Assembly (NCBI GenBank): GCA_038207085.1
Contig: JBBRAE010000001.1
Span: forward strand, 186,536 to 250,535
Direction: 5' to 3'
Length of the DNA: 64,000 nucleotides
Source of the DNA: Armatimonadota bacterium
GTDB lineage: Bacteria; Armatimonadota; UBA5829; DTLH01
The position numbers were made by a program, and so were the translations under genes. The notes beneath the pieces are model-generated. The model was not told the DNA's origin. It worked only from the letters and a program-made list of their open reading frames with translations, and ran no database searches. This document shows, piece by piece, positions 9,780 to 19,856 of this stretch; positions within the stretch are counted from its first letter, which is position 1, and the number at the start of each line of letters is the position of its first letter.

Positions 9780-10289
9780 TTAGGGAGCACCCTGGTTATT
9801 ATGTTGGAGTTGCGCTGCCGCGGCGATTGCAGCCGGGTCTGATAGCGCTTGCCTGCTGCGGAAACTGGAGTATGCCTGCATATAGGCTTTATACTCAGCA
9901 GTCGACTCGGCAATGGCATCGCGTTTTGCCTCGGGCGTGTGGTCTTTCCCTGGGTGGGCCAGCAACACAATTACCGACGCAGTCGCAACCGCGACGGGAA
10001 CCGCGATTATCCGCCGTGCCGCAAACGTCGCAAGCCGCTCCAAGAGCCCTCGTCTGCGATACTGCTCTGCGACGATTCTCTCGGATACCCCACTCCACAG
10101 GTCATACGGAGCCTGGTTCCCCGAGAATCCCCCCAGCTTTCCGACAAGCTTTCTAGTCTGCTCCACCTCTCTGCGGCAAGACTCACAGCCTGCCACATGA
10201 GATGCGACGAAGCTCTTATCGCGGTCGCCGAGGTTGTCGTCCACGTAGTCCGATATTAGTTTCCCTAGTCTCTCACAGTCTCTATTCAC
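9780..10289 (-). CDS. Zinc-binding anti-sigma factor (zf-HC2) with one TM helix
   Basis: C-x-x...ISDYVD...HVAGCESC (HxxxCxxC) motif, then a TM segment. Confidence 0.88.
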   Translation of the reverse strand: MNRDCERLGKLISDYVDDNLGDRDKSFVASHVAGCESCRREVEQTRKLVGKLGGFSGNQAPYDLWSGVSERIVAEQYRRRGLLERLATFAARRIIAVPVAVATASVIVLLAHPGKDHTPEAKRDAIAESTAEYKAYMQAYSSFRSRQALSDPAAIAAAAQLQHNNQGAP

Positions 10290-10300
10290 TTTAGATCATC

Positions 10301-10876
10301 TCACATTCGTTCCAAATACTCACCAAGCATTGCCCGGATCTCGCACCGGGCCCGAGACACTCTTGATTTTACCGTACCTACTGGACACTTAAGTACGGCT
10401 GCTATCTCTTCCTGCGAAAGCCCCTCGATATCATGCAGAATTATTGCAGAGCGCAGCTTTTCAGATAGCGACGAGATCGCTTCACCGAGGAGCCGCCTCT
10501 CTTCACTGTTCGCCAAGACGTGCACAGGGTCTGACGATCTTCCCGCCGATGGCTCAAAGCCGGCCTCGCGGTATCTGTCGTCATCCAAAGAATCCACGCG
10601 CACCGAAGGTTTCTTACGTAAGTGGTCAATCGCCGTGTTGACAGCTATGCGATACAACCACGTGTAAAACGCCGATTTACCATTGAACCTGGCGAGGCCG
10701 GAGTACGCTTTTACAAAGGTCTCCTGAGCGAGATCCGCCGCCTCGTCCACACTGTTCGTATAGTGAAGTATGGTGCTATAGATTCTGTCCTGATATTTCC
10801 GGACTAGTAGCCCGAATGCTTCGGCATTGCCTTGCTTAACCTGCTCGACAATCGCCTGGTCTGAACTGCCCGTCAT
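10301..10876 (-). CDS. ECF sigma factor (RpoE/SigW-like)
   Basis: DLAQETFVKAY, FYTWLYRIAVN and EIAAVLKCPVGTVKSRVSRAR motifs. Confidence 0.93.
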   Translation of the reverse strand: MTGSSDQAIVEQVKQGNAEAFGLLVRKYQDRIYSTILHYTNSVDEAADLAQETFVKAYSGLARFNGKSAFYTWLYRIAVNTAIDHLRKKPSVRVDSLDDDRYREAGFEPSAGRSSDPVHVLANSEERRLLGEAISSLSEKLRSAIILHDIEGLSQEEIAAVLKCPVGTVKSRVSRARCEIRAMLGEYLERM

Positions 10877-10994
10877 TCTGTACCATTTCGTTAAGTATTG
10901 AACCCTCCTGCGCCTTTTGCCAATCCATTGGTCGGGACGCGCATAGCAGAGCTATTAGTAATACGACAGTTCTTACCCAATTGCTTTCATGTTT

Positions 10995-11025
10995 TTTGAC
11001 GCAGACGGGTTCCCTTCGTTCCACA
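10995..11025 (-). promoter_or_regulatory. ECF-type (likely autoregulatory) promoter
   Basis: Minus strand reads TGTGGAAC-N16-CGTCAAA upstream of the ECF sigma gene. Confidence 0.65.
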
Positions 11026-11314
11026 CTGTTCCATTCAATAGAAATAAATGTGTACAGCCTTTCATTTCGTCATCCCTCGCAGGTGTATGTAACGATTGTT
11101 GGCAGCGTCCATGCTAAGTTTGGAGTGTGGCGTGCGAGCGCCGCTTTTCTCATTCGGTAACAACAAGGCGCGTAAGCGGCAAATCGGATGATTTGTGATA
11201 GCGGTGCTTGCACACCACACTCCACATAAAGGCCGCTTGTCGCCGATGATTCTTATGTGCATCCATTCGACGCAGGACGAACGCATCTTAGCTGTCGGGC
11301 AGTGCCGAACGCCC

Positions 11315-11459
11315 GTAGTGGCGGGTCGCCGCGCCCGCCATCAGCACCAAAGGTGCTGCGTCAACTGTGTATTGCGCTCCAAATGAGCAACTCTACGAAA
11401 TTCCATTGTTTGTTCGGCGCGTTCCGCGCCGATGGCCGCCGCGGCGGGACGGCCACTAC
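11315..11459. repeat. GTAG-family REP doublet (REPIN/MITE-like element), copy 1
   Basis: Begins GTAGTGGC and ends GCCACTAC. Each end has an imperfect palindrome plus a short triloop hairpin. Homologous to 29258-29379. Confidence 0.75.
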
Positions 11460-11528
11460 GTCGGTTGCCCGTCAAGATGCGTTAGCCCTGCCATTCCACG
11501 CTCGCGTGGTGCGTTCGCGGGAAATATC

Positions 11529-11537
11529 TGATATAAT
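11529..11537 (+). promoter_or_regulatory. Extended -10 promoter for glnA
   Basis: TG-A-TATAAT immediately upstream of the leader attenuator. Confidence 0.6.
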
Positions 11538-11575
11538 AGTGCTTGTTCAATAGCACACAGTCTTATTTACATTAG

Positions 11576-11621
11576 CGCAAGGGAGCGTCGAGGGTGATCG
11601 TATACTCGACGCTCTTTTTTG
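11576..11621 (+). promoter_or_regulatory. Leader terminator overlapped by an ANTAR-like hexaloop hairpin
   Basis: CGC-AAGGGA-GCG hairpin (11576-11587) overlaps the 5' arm of terminator GAGCGTCGAG...CTCGACGCTC-TTTTTTT. Confidence 0.7.
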
Positions 11622-11802
11622 TGGCCGCCAGCAAGCCCTGAACGTCGGGGATACGCATGATTAACCTAATGGAAACATTCTGGAAACAATCATGCACGAT
11701 AATAAGCGTGGCAAATTGAGACGTGCAGCGCCAATGACGACAGGTGCTAACCGATTGCGCTACGTGCGCCGTCGTATATGTATGATGAGAGGAGCGTCAA
11801 GC

Positions 11803-13899
11803 ATGATTGAAGTAAGAGAACCGATAACAAGTATTTTTGGTTCGAACGTGTTCAGCGAATCGGTGATGCGGGAGAGGCTGCCGAAGATTGTTTTCAAGGC
11901 ACTCAAGGCCACCATTGATGAGGGCCAGCCGCTCGACCCATCCATCGCTCATGTGATCGCAAACGCGATGAAGGATTGGGCCATCGAGAAGGGCGCGACG
12001 CACTTCTCTCACTGGTTCCAGCCGATGACCGGAATCACTGCCGAAAAGCACGATTCATTCATCTCCCCCACCGCCGACGGCCGCACCATTATGGAGTTCA
12101 GCGGCAAGGAACTGTTCCAGGGCGAGCCTGATGCTTCTTCCTTCCCGTCCGGTGGACTGCGCGCAACATTCGAGGCCCGCGGCTACACCGCATGGGACTG
12201 CACAAGCCCTGTGTTCATCAAGGCCGACGGCGACAACATTACGCTTTATATCCCGAGTGCGTTCTGCAGCTACACCAGCGAGGCGCTCGACAAGAAGACC
12301 CCGCTCCTTCGTTCTATGGACGCTCTGAACAAGCAGGCAATGCGCGTTCTCAGGGGCCTTGGCAATACCACGACCAAGCGCGTAACCGCAACACTTGGCG
12401 CTGAGCAGGAGTATTTCCTTGTAGACAGCAAGTTCGCAGAGGCCAGACTCGACCTGATCCTTGCCGGGCGCACCCTCTTTGGCGCCGCCCCTCCCAAGGG
12501 CCAGGAGATGGAGGACCACTACTTCGGAACTCTCCACGAGAGAGTCGCTTCCTACATGAACGAAGTCAACGTGGAACTCTGGAAGCTTGGCGTCTCAGCA
12601 AAGACTCAGCACAACGAGGTTTCACCGGCACAGTATGAGCTTGCACCGGTATTCGCAACGGTTAACGTCGCGACTGACCACAACCAGCTCACGATGGAGA
12701 CCCTGCAGAAAGTCGCTATCCGCCACGGGCTCGTCTGCCTGCTTCACGAGAAGCCGTTTGCAGGCGTCAACGGTTCCGGCAAGCACAACAACTTCAGCAT
12801 GGTCACCGATGACGGTATGAACCTGCTCGAACCCGGCAACACTCCGCACGACAACGAGCAGTTCCTTGTGATCCTGTGCTCGATCATCCGCGCGGTTGAT
12901 AAGTATTCGAAGCTGCTTAGAGCCACCGTCGCGACCGCTGGCAACGACCACAGACTCGGCGCTAACGAGGCTCCTCCTGCGATCGTATCAATCTTCCTCG
13001 GCGCTCAGCTCTCTGATATTATGGATCAGCTTGCAATCGGCGCTGCGAAGTCGAGCAAGAAGGGCGGCGACCTGAAGCTTGGAGTCAGCACCCTGCCTCC
13101 AATTCCTATGGATAGCACCGACCGCAACAGGACTTCCCCGTTTGCCTTTACCGGCAATAAGTTCGAGTTCCGAATGCTTGGCTCCAGCCAGTCGACATCA
13201 GGCCCCAACTTCGTCCTGAACTCGATCGTCGCTGACGTTCTTGCAGAGGTCGCCGATAAGCTTGAGAAGGCCAGTGATGTTCACAAGGCTGCTCAGGATA
13301 TCTGCTCCAAGATTGCAAAAGATCACAAGAACATTCTCTTCAACGGTGACAACTACTCTGATGAGTGGGTAAAGGAAGCTGAGAAGCGCGGACTGCCAAA
13401 CATCCGCAACGCCGTCGACAGCATCCACACGATGGTCGAACCGATGGTTGAGGAACTCTTCGAGAAGCACGCTGTGCTGAGCAAGGGTGAACTCCATGCC
13501 CGCCACGAGATTCTCCTTGAGAGATATGCCAAAGAGATCAACATCGAGGCACAGACCATGCTCCACATCGCAAAAAGGCAGATTCTGCCGGCTGCGATCG
13601 AGTATTCGGGCGTTATCGCAAATGCTGCGTCAGCAGTCAAGAGCGTCGGCGTGAACGCTGATGCCCAGGTCAGGGCGCTTGAAGATGTCTGCGGGCTGGT
13701 TTCCGACCTGCAGAAGAACATCGCCTCACTTCAGGCTGCCGTTACCAAGGCTCAGGAAACTGAGACCGCCGAGACATATCGCGACACGGTCATCCCCGCG
13801 ATGAGCACTGTTCGCGCGGCTGCTGATGGTCTTGAAGAGATCATGGACGCCGATCTTTGGCCGCTCCCAACCTATGCTGAGATGCTGTTCATCAAGTAA
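11803..13899 (+). CDS. glnA: Glutamine synthetase type III
   Basis: [73 protein letters not shown] and WPLPTY motifs. GAGGAG SD before ATG 11803. Confidence 0.96.
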   Translation: MIEVREPITSIFGSNVFSESVMRERLPKIVFKALKATIDEGQPLDPSIAHVIANAMKDWAIEKGATHFSHWFQPMTGITAEKHDSFISPTADGRTIMEFSGKELFQGEPDASSFPSGGLRATFEARGYTAWDCTSPVFIKADGDNITLYIPSAFCSYTSEALDKKTPLLRSMDALNKQAMRVLRGLGNTTTKRVTATLGAEQEYFLVDSKFAEARLDLILAGRTLFGAAPPKGQEMEDHYFGTLHERVASYMNEVNVELWKLGVSAKTQHNEVSPAQYELAPVFATVNVATDHNQLTMETLQKVAIRHGLVCLLHEKPFAGVNGSGKHNNFSMVTDDGMNLLEPGNTPHDNEQFLVILCSIIRAVDKYSKLLRATVATAGNDHRLGANEAPPAIVSIFLGAQLSDIMDQLAIGAAKSSKKGGDLKLGVSTLPPIPMDSTDRNRTSPFAFTGNKFEFRMLGSSQSTSGPNFVLNSIVADVLAEVADKLEKASDVHKAAQDICSKIAKDHKNILFNGDNYSDEWVKEAEKRGLPNIRNAVDSIHTMVEPMVEELFEKHAVLSKGELHARHEILLERYAKEINIEAQTMLHIAKRQILPAAIEYSGVIANAASAVKSVGVNADAQVRALEDVCGLVSDLQKNIASLQAAVTKAQETETAETYRDTVIPAMSTVRAAADGLEEIMDADLWPLPTYAEMLFIK

Positions 13900-13930
13900 G
13901 AATAGACCAGTATCCATCAATAGCCATTCC

Positions 13931-13965
13931 AGGGTGGGGCCGCGTAATGCAGCCCCGCCCTTTTT
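13931..13965 (+). terminator. Intrinsic terminator after glnA
   Basis: AGGGTGGGGC...GCCCCGCCCT stem followed by a T-run. Confidence 0.85.
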
Positions 13966-13999
13966 GCGTGTTTTTGGTGCTCTGGCTGAACGATTTCCG

Positions 14000-14028
14000 T
14001 TGACAATCCGCCCTTCACATGGTATAAA
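14000..14028 (+). promoter_or_regulatory. Sigma70-type promoter
   Basis: TTGACA - 17 bp - TATAAA, with TG upstream of the -10. Confidence 0.7.
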
Positions 14029-14192
14029 GCAATTGGTTGTACAATCGCATGTTTGCAGATACCATCAACAGCGCCATTGTTCTGGTTATGAAATCACCTG
14101 TCACACCGATTTAGAGCGGCCACAGACTGCTGAGGATGATAGTGTGCCAACGTCGGCTCTTTGGCTGTATGATGGAGATGAAGGGAGACAGA

Positions 14193-17100
14193 ATGTCCAG
14201 ACAACGCCTAATATTCTCACTTGTGGTCGTCGCAATGCTGCTTATCGCATCTCCGGTGCTCGCGGCTACGTTCAATCTTGCCACAGACTGGTCAAGCACG
14301 GCAAATCCCAACGGCCAATGGTCATACGGTTGGGTAGATGCTACTTCAGGTGCATTTTCTCCATACAACGTTCACCCATATCAGCAATACTGGTATCCCG
14401 GGCAGAGCTATTGGTGCGTCGGGCAGGACTTGTATGGCTACGGCAACGCGAATAAGAACCTTGCCACCGGGACAGTCGTATTCTATAACGGCGGATCCGC
14501 GCGCAGGACTACTGCTCGATGGGCCAGCAACGCAACTGCTAGCGTCTACATCTGGGCGACATTTACTGCTTCATCTAATGGCACCTACTACAACCCCATC
14601 AGATGCGCGGTCCGCCGAAATGGTATTGAGCAGTTCGCGACAACGTCGAGCTATAACAATACGCTGCGCATCGCGGGAAGCATTAGTGTGAACGCCGGCG
14701 ACTCCCTTGATATCTGCACGGGGGCCGTTCCTGGAGCGACTGGTCAGACGCAAAATTACGTAACGCTCAGCGCAATTATATCGACAGATCAACCCGGGAC
14801 TGTCTCTGGGACGGTATACTCCAACCTCACCGGGCATCCCACGGTTGGTCACGCTGTTATAAAGACGTCGGACGGAAAATACTCCACCACCTCCGACGCA
14901 AGCGGCGCTTACACTCTGGCGCTACCGCCCGGGTCGTACGCCCTTGTGGCCTCTGAGAATCGGTTTGCGTCTGATCAATCTGAGCAAATCAGCATCAGCC
15001 AGGGGGCTAACACCCCTCTCGACTTCGACCTTATCGCTGGAAGCTTGACGGGCACCGTAACCTCCGACACTGCTGGAAACCCGCCGATAGCGGGAGCGAT
15101 CGTCCGCACCGATGGTAGCCCAAGTTACTCGGCGAACACCGGCGCCGACGGTGCCTATACACTCTTTGCCCCACAGATTGCCTCCACAACACGCCTTCTT
15201 GTCGCTGCGCCGGGCCACGACCCGCAGCGAGACGCTCTCGCTCTTTCGGCAGGCCAGACGAAGAGCAAGAGCTTTGCACTTCGCCCGACAGGGGCCGGGA
15301 TGCTCATCAATCTTCCTGCACCGGGTGAGTGGGGTGAGCCAGGTATGGCCCCGACTGCTCCCGGAGATGCATTTGCTGTGAAGTTCTCGAACCCTACGGC
15401 GCTGCCGAGTCCCGGAGCGCCTGCTATCAGCGGTTGGAACGAGACTATCAAACCTGATGAAACGTTCACTATGACCGGAGTTCGCTTTACAGCCCGAACA
15501 GGCGTGGATACCGGAACCGATACGGTCGTCTGGCTCTATGCAGACACACCTTCGGGCGGCGTGCTTCGCCAGATTAAAGTGTGGCGGGTCACAGCGTCGA
15601 GCTTGACTGCGCTTATGCCTAGTGACATACCATTTGGGATGTATCTGGTCTGGATAGAAAACGAGGACGGAGTAAGCGCGCCGGTCACTGTCAACAGAAC
15701 TACATCACAGTGGATTGGCCCGCTTGGCGCATCCGGCGCGGCAGGGGCGACCAAGAGGGTTTTTGGTCGGAATGTGTCCTCCAACCACGGAACTACATCG
15801 AGTTACGTGTATATTCAGCCTGCTGAGGGTGGTGCGTTTACGCAGTGCGCCGTCACGCAGGTCGAGCCATACGCGGTCTGGTTTACCATCCCGTCGGGAA
15901 CGGCGAACGGCTACTACAAGGTCTACTTGCACAACGGACACGGAGGCAGGTACGGATGGAGCGACCCCGTCGATCTCTCAGTTGCTCCAGACTGGACCAG
16001 AGACCCGGCGCAGGTTGCGGTGACCCCGAACGGGACGAACGACTCAATTAACATCCAAAACGCGATCGACAGTCTGTCGCTCAACTCTAACGGCGGCACT
16101 GTAGTGCTTTCGGCGGGTGACTATATCTTGAAGGGTGGTCTGGACCTAAAGAACGGCGTCGAGATCAAGGGCGCTGGAATGAACAGCACCAGGTTGCTCG
16201 CACAGCTGACATCCGCGGTCGCCGTCGTTAAGATCACCGGTGTGAATACTGCGCTCACAGATCTCACGATTCGCTCAAAATCCGGGTTTACTAACCCTCA
16301 AGGCGAGATCACCAACGTTGCAGGTTCAAGCGACGCGAAGTTCTTGCGCATCAGGATTGAGTCCGATGCCGGTATCTACTCAGGAAGCTTCAGCACACCG
16401 CTTCGCAGCGAGGTTGTCGGCTGTGAATGCAACCGTGAACCTGACCCTGCCGGACGCGCCTGGATCCATAACTCGACCCTGTACGGTGACTTCCACTGGG
16501 CGACCGAGGCCGCGTTGAACCTTATGACTAACTACAATGTGGTAGAGTACAGCCACGTTGAGACAAAGAACTGGCCGGTTAGCCCTACCGGCAGCAAGAA
16601 CTACACTCAGTTTATGACGTGGGAAGAGTTCAAAGACATCGTGTGGTCGATGAGAATCGCGCTCACATACTGCTCTTACAACTACATCGCGCACCTGACG
16701 AGCAAAGATGTCGCCGTTCAGACGAACAAAGGTGAGATGATACTCTTCCACGGCCACGCCGCGTACTGGTATGGCAACGTGATCACGTGCGACGGCACCA
16801 GGCTGACATTGCGGACCGATGGTCTTGTTGACGGGCAGCCTTCTGTGATTAACAACTATAGCGACATACACCTTGCTGGCGGGCAGATGGTCCCGGATGG
16901 TCCGGGAAGCTGGTACGCGCTTGACGGCAAGTATATATCAATCCTGGCAGGCGCGGGGTTCGGCGAGTCGAGAAGAATCGTTTCGCATACCCCGACCACA
17001 ATCACAATAGACCGACCGTTCAGGGTGAACCCGGACGCAACATCAAAGGCGATGGTCCAGACCAGCTTTCAGGGAAACATCATATACAAGAACGATCTAA

Positions 17101-19781
17101 ATGCCTTCCCTGTGGGTTATGACCAGACTGAGGGTTCGGCCAGCGTCGCAGTAGACATAGACGGCAATGGCTGGTCCAACATGTTCGAAGGCAACGTGTC
17201 CCACAGAACCAGAAGTGGATGCGCAATACTCTCAGTTTCCGGTGGCCCCAGCTACTGGAACGAGGCGAGAGATCACGAAGCCTACGATGTAGAAAGCGGC
17301 GGGTTCCAGATGATACCACGCGATGACCAGGCGATCGGGCCTGACCTCGTAGGCAACAGATACGAAGGCGGCATCATCAATGTAACTGGCAGCGCTGGCG
17401 GCGCGATCCACGCTGATGGTGGAGACGGCAACGCCTGCGAAGGGATCACCGCAACATCCAAACGCGGCATCTTTATGACTCACGGTGGCTACGATTGGCA
17501 CCCAGCGACTCCCAACGGGCTCACGCTCTATCGCAATAACACCGTAACGACAGTCGATGCGCCTACTTCACCCTCATCCCCGCAGCCAGTATATGTCATG
17601 AACGCAGACAGCTTGCAGTGGTTGATGAACAACAAGTATACGAACTCTTCCCAGCCATATGTGCTTGCGTCTGGAGTCGGGATGTATTCGACCCCGGTCG
17701 CTATGCGCAAACTGGTGAAGATCACCGGCTATATGGGCTACCCGATTGATGAGGTCTTGCTCGAAGTTGCAAATGTGGGATTATCGGGGATGACCTGGAC
17801 TGCCGCGGCGAGCGCGCCGTGGATTGTGCCAACTGTGCTGAGTGGCAACCCCACCGGGCCGGAAAGCGACATGGGGCGGCTCCAGATCGCCGTCAATCCC
17901 ATTGGACTTGCTGCTGGAAGACACTGGGGGTATATCGACATTCTCGCCGGCGCAAAGATCGCACGAGTCGGTGTTTGCCTTGATCTTTCCTCCGGCGCAC
18001 CGCCATCGACTGCTCCTGTTGCGAGCTTTACAGCGACTCCTACGGTCGGCACAACGCCGCTTGCCGTATCGTTCGATGCCAGGTCTTCAGTAGCCCCAGG
18101 TGGCTTGATTACGAGCTACGTGTGGGAGTTCGGAGACGGGTCAACGGGCTTGGGCGATGTCGCCAGCCACGCGTATTTGGCTGGAAGCTACACTGCTACA
18201 CTAACCGTAACTGACTCCAACGGCATCAGTGATACTGACAGAAAGGTGTTTACAGTCTACCCTGCAGTCAGCTCCATCTCGATATCCGGGTCCCCTACCC
18301 CCTTGACCGATGTTGGAACCCAGGTTACCTTTACCGCGTCTGCCGTGGGGGGATATGGCACAAAATACAAGTTCCTGCTCAAGACTGGCAACGGTGGATG
18401 GGCCACCATGCAGGACTATTCAACTGCCGCAACGGCTTCATGGACTCCGACTGCTTCCGGGTTCTATGCCATCAAGTGCCACGCACGGGCAAGTGACTCC
18501 ACCCGGGTATACGACGCTACAAGCAAGGAACTCAGCTACCCTGTAGGCATTCTGCCAGCTAGCGGTATGGCGCTTTGGCTGAAAGCCGATGCAGGCACTA
18601 CCCTTGACGCTTCGGGGAAGATAAGTGACTGGGCAGACCAGACATCAGGTTCAACAAAGAAACTTACCCAGACGACCCCTAACTACAGGCCTGGTATAGT
18701 CCAAGGAGCGCTTAACGGCCAACCGGTTGTGCGATTTACGAGTGCCTCAACCTACCTTTCAACTACCGCTTCCGTGCTCTCGGGTGCGACACCCTTTACA
18801 GCATTCACCGTGGCACGAGTCAACAGCAACCCCGCCTATAACTACCAGCATTTCTGGTGGTGCGGCACGGACTCAATCTATGCCGGTTATGCCCAGTGGA
18901 TGACAACTTCAGGCAGACTTAGGGCAAGCTGGGGAAGCTCCGGCGCGCTGATATCCACATCAACGGCGGCAACACTCAGCAGTTGGTACACAATTGCGAG
19001 CCGCTATGCTCCCGGGCTCCACGAGATGTGGCTCAACAGCACGCCGGTGAACACCTCCATCAAGTCAGACTCGAACTTAGCTGCCGGGTTCACCGTCGGC
19101 AACTCTGTGTCCAATTGCCAAGGGCTCTACGGTGATATCGCTGAGCTCTTGATATTCTCAAGAAAGCTCACGGAGACCGAGCGCCAGGGCGTAGAGCAGT
19201 ATCTCAGTGTAAGGTGGAGCAACCCTGTACCTGTGGCCGTCGACCGACTGAAAGACGTCAAAGCACTCGGTGACGGTGTGCTCGTATCGATCTCAACGTC
19301 AAAAACTGCGATCACAGACTCAGGAGTCTACTCGGACGGCGGCGTCTACGTAAGCGAGGCTGACAGAACGTGTGGGCTCAAGATAACGATCGCGGACGTT
19401 GTACAGGCTTCGGAAAGACTGACTGTTACAGGAACCACGGACACGGATGTCCTGACCGGCGAGAAGGTGTTCAGGGTTACTTCATTCAGTAAAGACGTGG
19501 GGGAGAAGGTCAATCCTCTTGGAATGGCGAACAAGACCTTAGCTGCTTCCGGTCAGCTTCTGCGGGTGTGGGGACGTGTGAAAGAAAAGACCGCATCTTA
19601 CATCACTCTTGACGACGGCTCGGGAGTGCCTGCAAAGGTTCAGATCGACGGGCTTACGACACCTATAACGAGTCTGCCGGGAGTCGGTGACTACATAAGC
19701 GTGACCGGACCGGCAGGGGTGACGGCCGGAGGAGGAACCGCGATAAGGGTCCGATCCTCAGTCGACATCAAAGTCTATTAG
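14193..19781 (+). CDS. Large secreted multidomain protein: carboxypeptidase-regulatory-like x2, beta-helix (pectate-lyase-3-like), BACON, PKD, Y_Y_Y-like, LamG-like, C-terminal tandem OB-like module
   Basis: Signal peptide; GTVSGTV..SGAYTLALPPGSY repeats; DSINIQNAID..GGTVVLSAGDY..GAG beta-helix start; WTAAASAPWI; APVASFTATP..SYVWEFGDG; LWLKADAG..GDIAELLIFSRKL; VWGRV..LDDGSG. Confidence 0.85.
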   Translation: MSRQRLIFSLVVVAMLLIASPVLAATFNLATDWSSTANPNGQWSYGWVDATSGAFSPYNVHPYQQYWYPGQSYWCVGQDLYGYGNANKNLATGTVVFYNGGSARRTTARWASNATASVYIWATFTASSNGTYYNPIRCAVRRNGIEQFATTSSYNNTLRIAGSISVNAGDSLDICTGAVPGATGQTQNYVTLSAIISTDQPGTVSGTVYSNLTGHPTVGHAVIKTSDGKYSTTSDASGAYTLALPPGSYALVASENRFASDQSEQISISQGANTPLDFDLIAGSLTGTVTSDTAGNPPIAGAIVRTDGSPSYSANTGADGAYTLFAPQIASTTRLLVAAPGHDPQRDALALSAGQTKSKSFALRPTGAGMLINLPAPGEWGEPGMAPTAPGDAFAVKFSNPTALPSPGAPAISGWNETIKPDETFTMTGVRFTARTGVDTGTDTVVWLYADTPSGGVLRQIKVWRVTASSLTALMPSDIPFGMYLVWIENEDGVSAPVTVNRTTSQWIGPLGASGAAGATKRVFGRNVSSNHGTTSSYVYIQPAEGGAFTQCAVTQVEPYAVWFTIPSGTANGYYKVYLHNGHGGRYGWSDPVDLSVAPDWTRDPAQVAVTPNGTNDSINIQNAIDSLSLNSNGGTVVLSAGDYILKGGLDLKNGVEIKGAGMNSTRLLAQLTSAVAVVKITGVNTALTDLTIRSKSGFTNPQGEITNVAGSSDAKFLRIRIESDAGIYSGSFSTPLRSEVVGCECNREPDPAGRAWIHNSTLYGDFHWATEAALNLMTNYNVVEYSHVETKNWPVSPTGSKNYTQFMTWEEFKDIVWSMRIALTYCSYNYIAHLTSKDVAVQTNKGEMILFHGHAAYWYGNVITCDGTRLTLRTDGLVDGQPSVINNYSDIHLAGGQMVPDGPGSWYALDGKYISILAGAGFGESRRIVSHTPTTITIDRPFRVNPDATSKAMVQTSFQGNIIYKNDLNAFPVGYDQTEGSASVAVDIDGNGWSNMFEGNVSHRTRSGCAILSVSGGPSYWNEARDHEAYDVESGGFQMIPRDDQAIGPDLVGNRYEGGIINVTGSAGGAIHADGGDGNACEGITATSKRGIFMTHGGYDWHPATPNGLTLYRNNTVTTVDAPTSPSSPQPVYVMNADSLQWLMNNKYTNSSQPYVLASGVGMYSTPVAMRKLVKITGYMGYPIDEVLLEVANVGLSGMTWTAAASAPWIVPTVLSGNPTGPESDMGRLQIAVNPIGLAAGRHWGYIDILAGAKIARVGVCLDLSSGAPPSTAPVASFTATPTVGTTPLAVSFDARSSVAPGGLITSYVWEFGDGSTGLGDVASHAYLAGSYTATLTVTDSNGISDTDRKVFTVYPAVSSISISGSPTPLTDVGTQVTFTASAVGGYGTKYKFLLKTGNGGWATMQDYSTAATASWTPTASGFYAIKCHARASDSTRVYDATSKELSYPVGILPASGMALWLKADAGTTLDASGKISDWADQTSGSTKKLTQTTPNYRPGIVQGALNGQPVVRFTSASTYLSTTASVLSGATPFTAFTVARVNSNPAYNYQHFWWCGTDSIYAGYAQWMTTSGRLRASWGSSGALISTSTAATLSSWYTIASRYAPGLHEMWLNSTPVNTSIKSDSNLAAGFTVGNSVSNCQGLYGDIAELLIFSRKLTETERQGVEQYLSVRWSNPVPVAVDRLKDVKALGDGVLVSISTSKTAITDSGVYSDGGVYVSEADRTCGLKITIADVVQASERLTVTGTTDTDVLTGEKVFRVTSFSKDVGEKVNPLGMANKTLAASGQLLRVWGRVKEKTASYITLDDGSGVPAKVQIDGLTTPITSLPGVGDYISVTGPAGVTAGGGTAIRVRSSVDIKVY

Positions 19782-19791
19782 CCCGCCTATT

Positions 19792-19821
19792 CGGCCCGGG
19801 GTTCAAACACTCCGGGCCGTT
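19792..19821 (+). terminator. Hairpin/terminator after the large gene
   Basis: CGGCCCGGG...TCCGGGCCG stem; weak T tail. Confidence 0.55.
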
Positions 19822-19856
19822 CATCATAAGCTATAACAAATACATACGAGGAATAC

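Noticed and set aside
11062-11553. Short ORFs in the ECF-glnA intergenic region
   Set aside because: They overlap the REP element and promoters and show no coding features.
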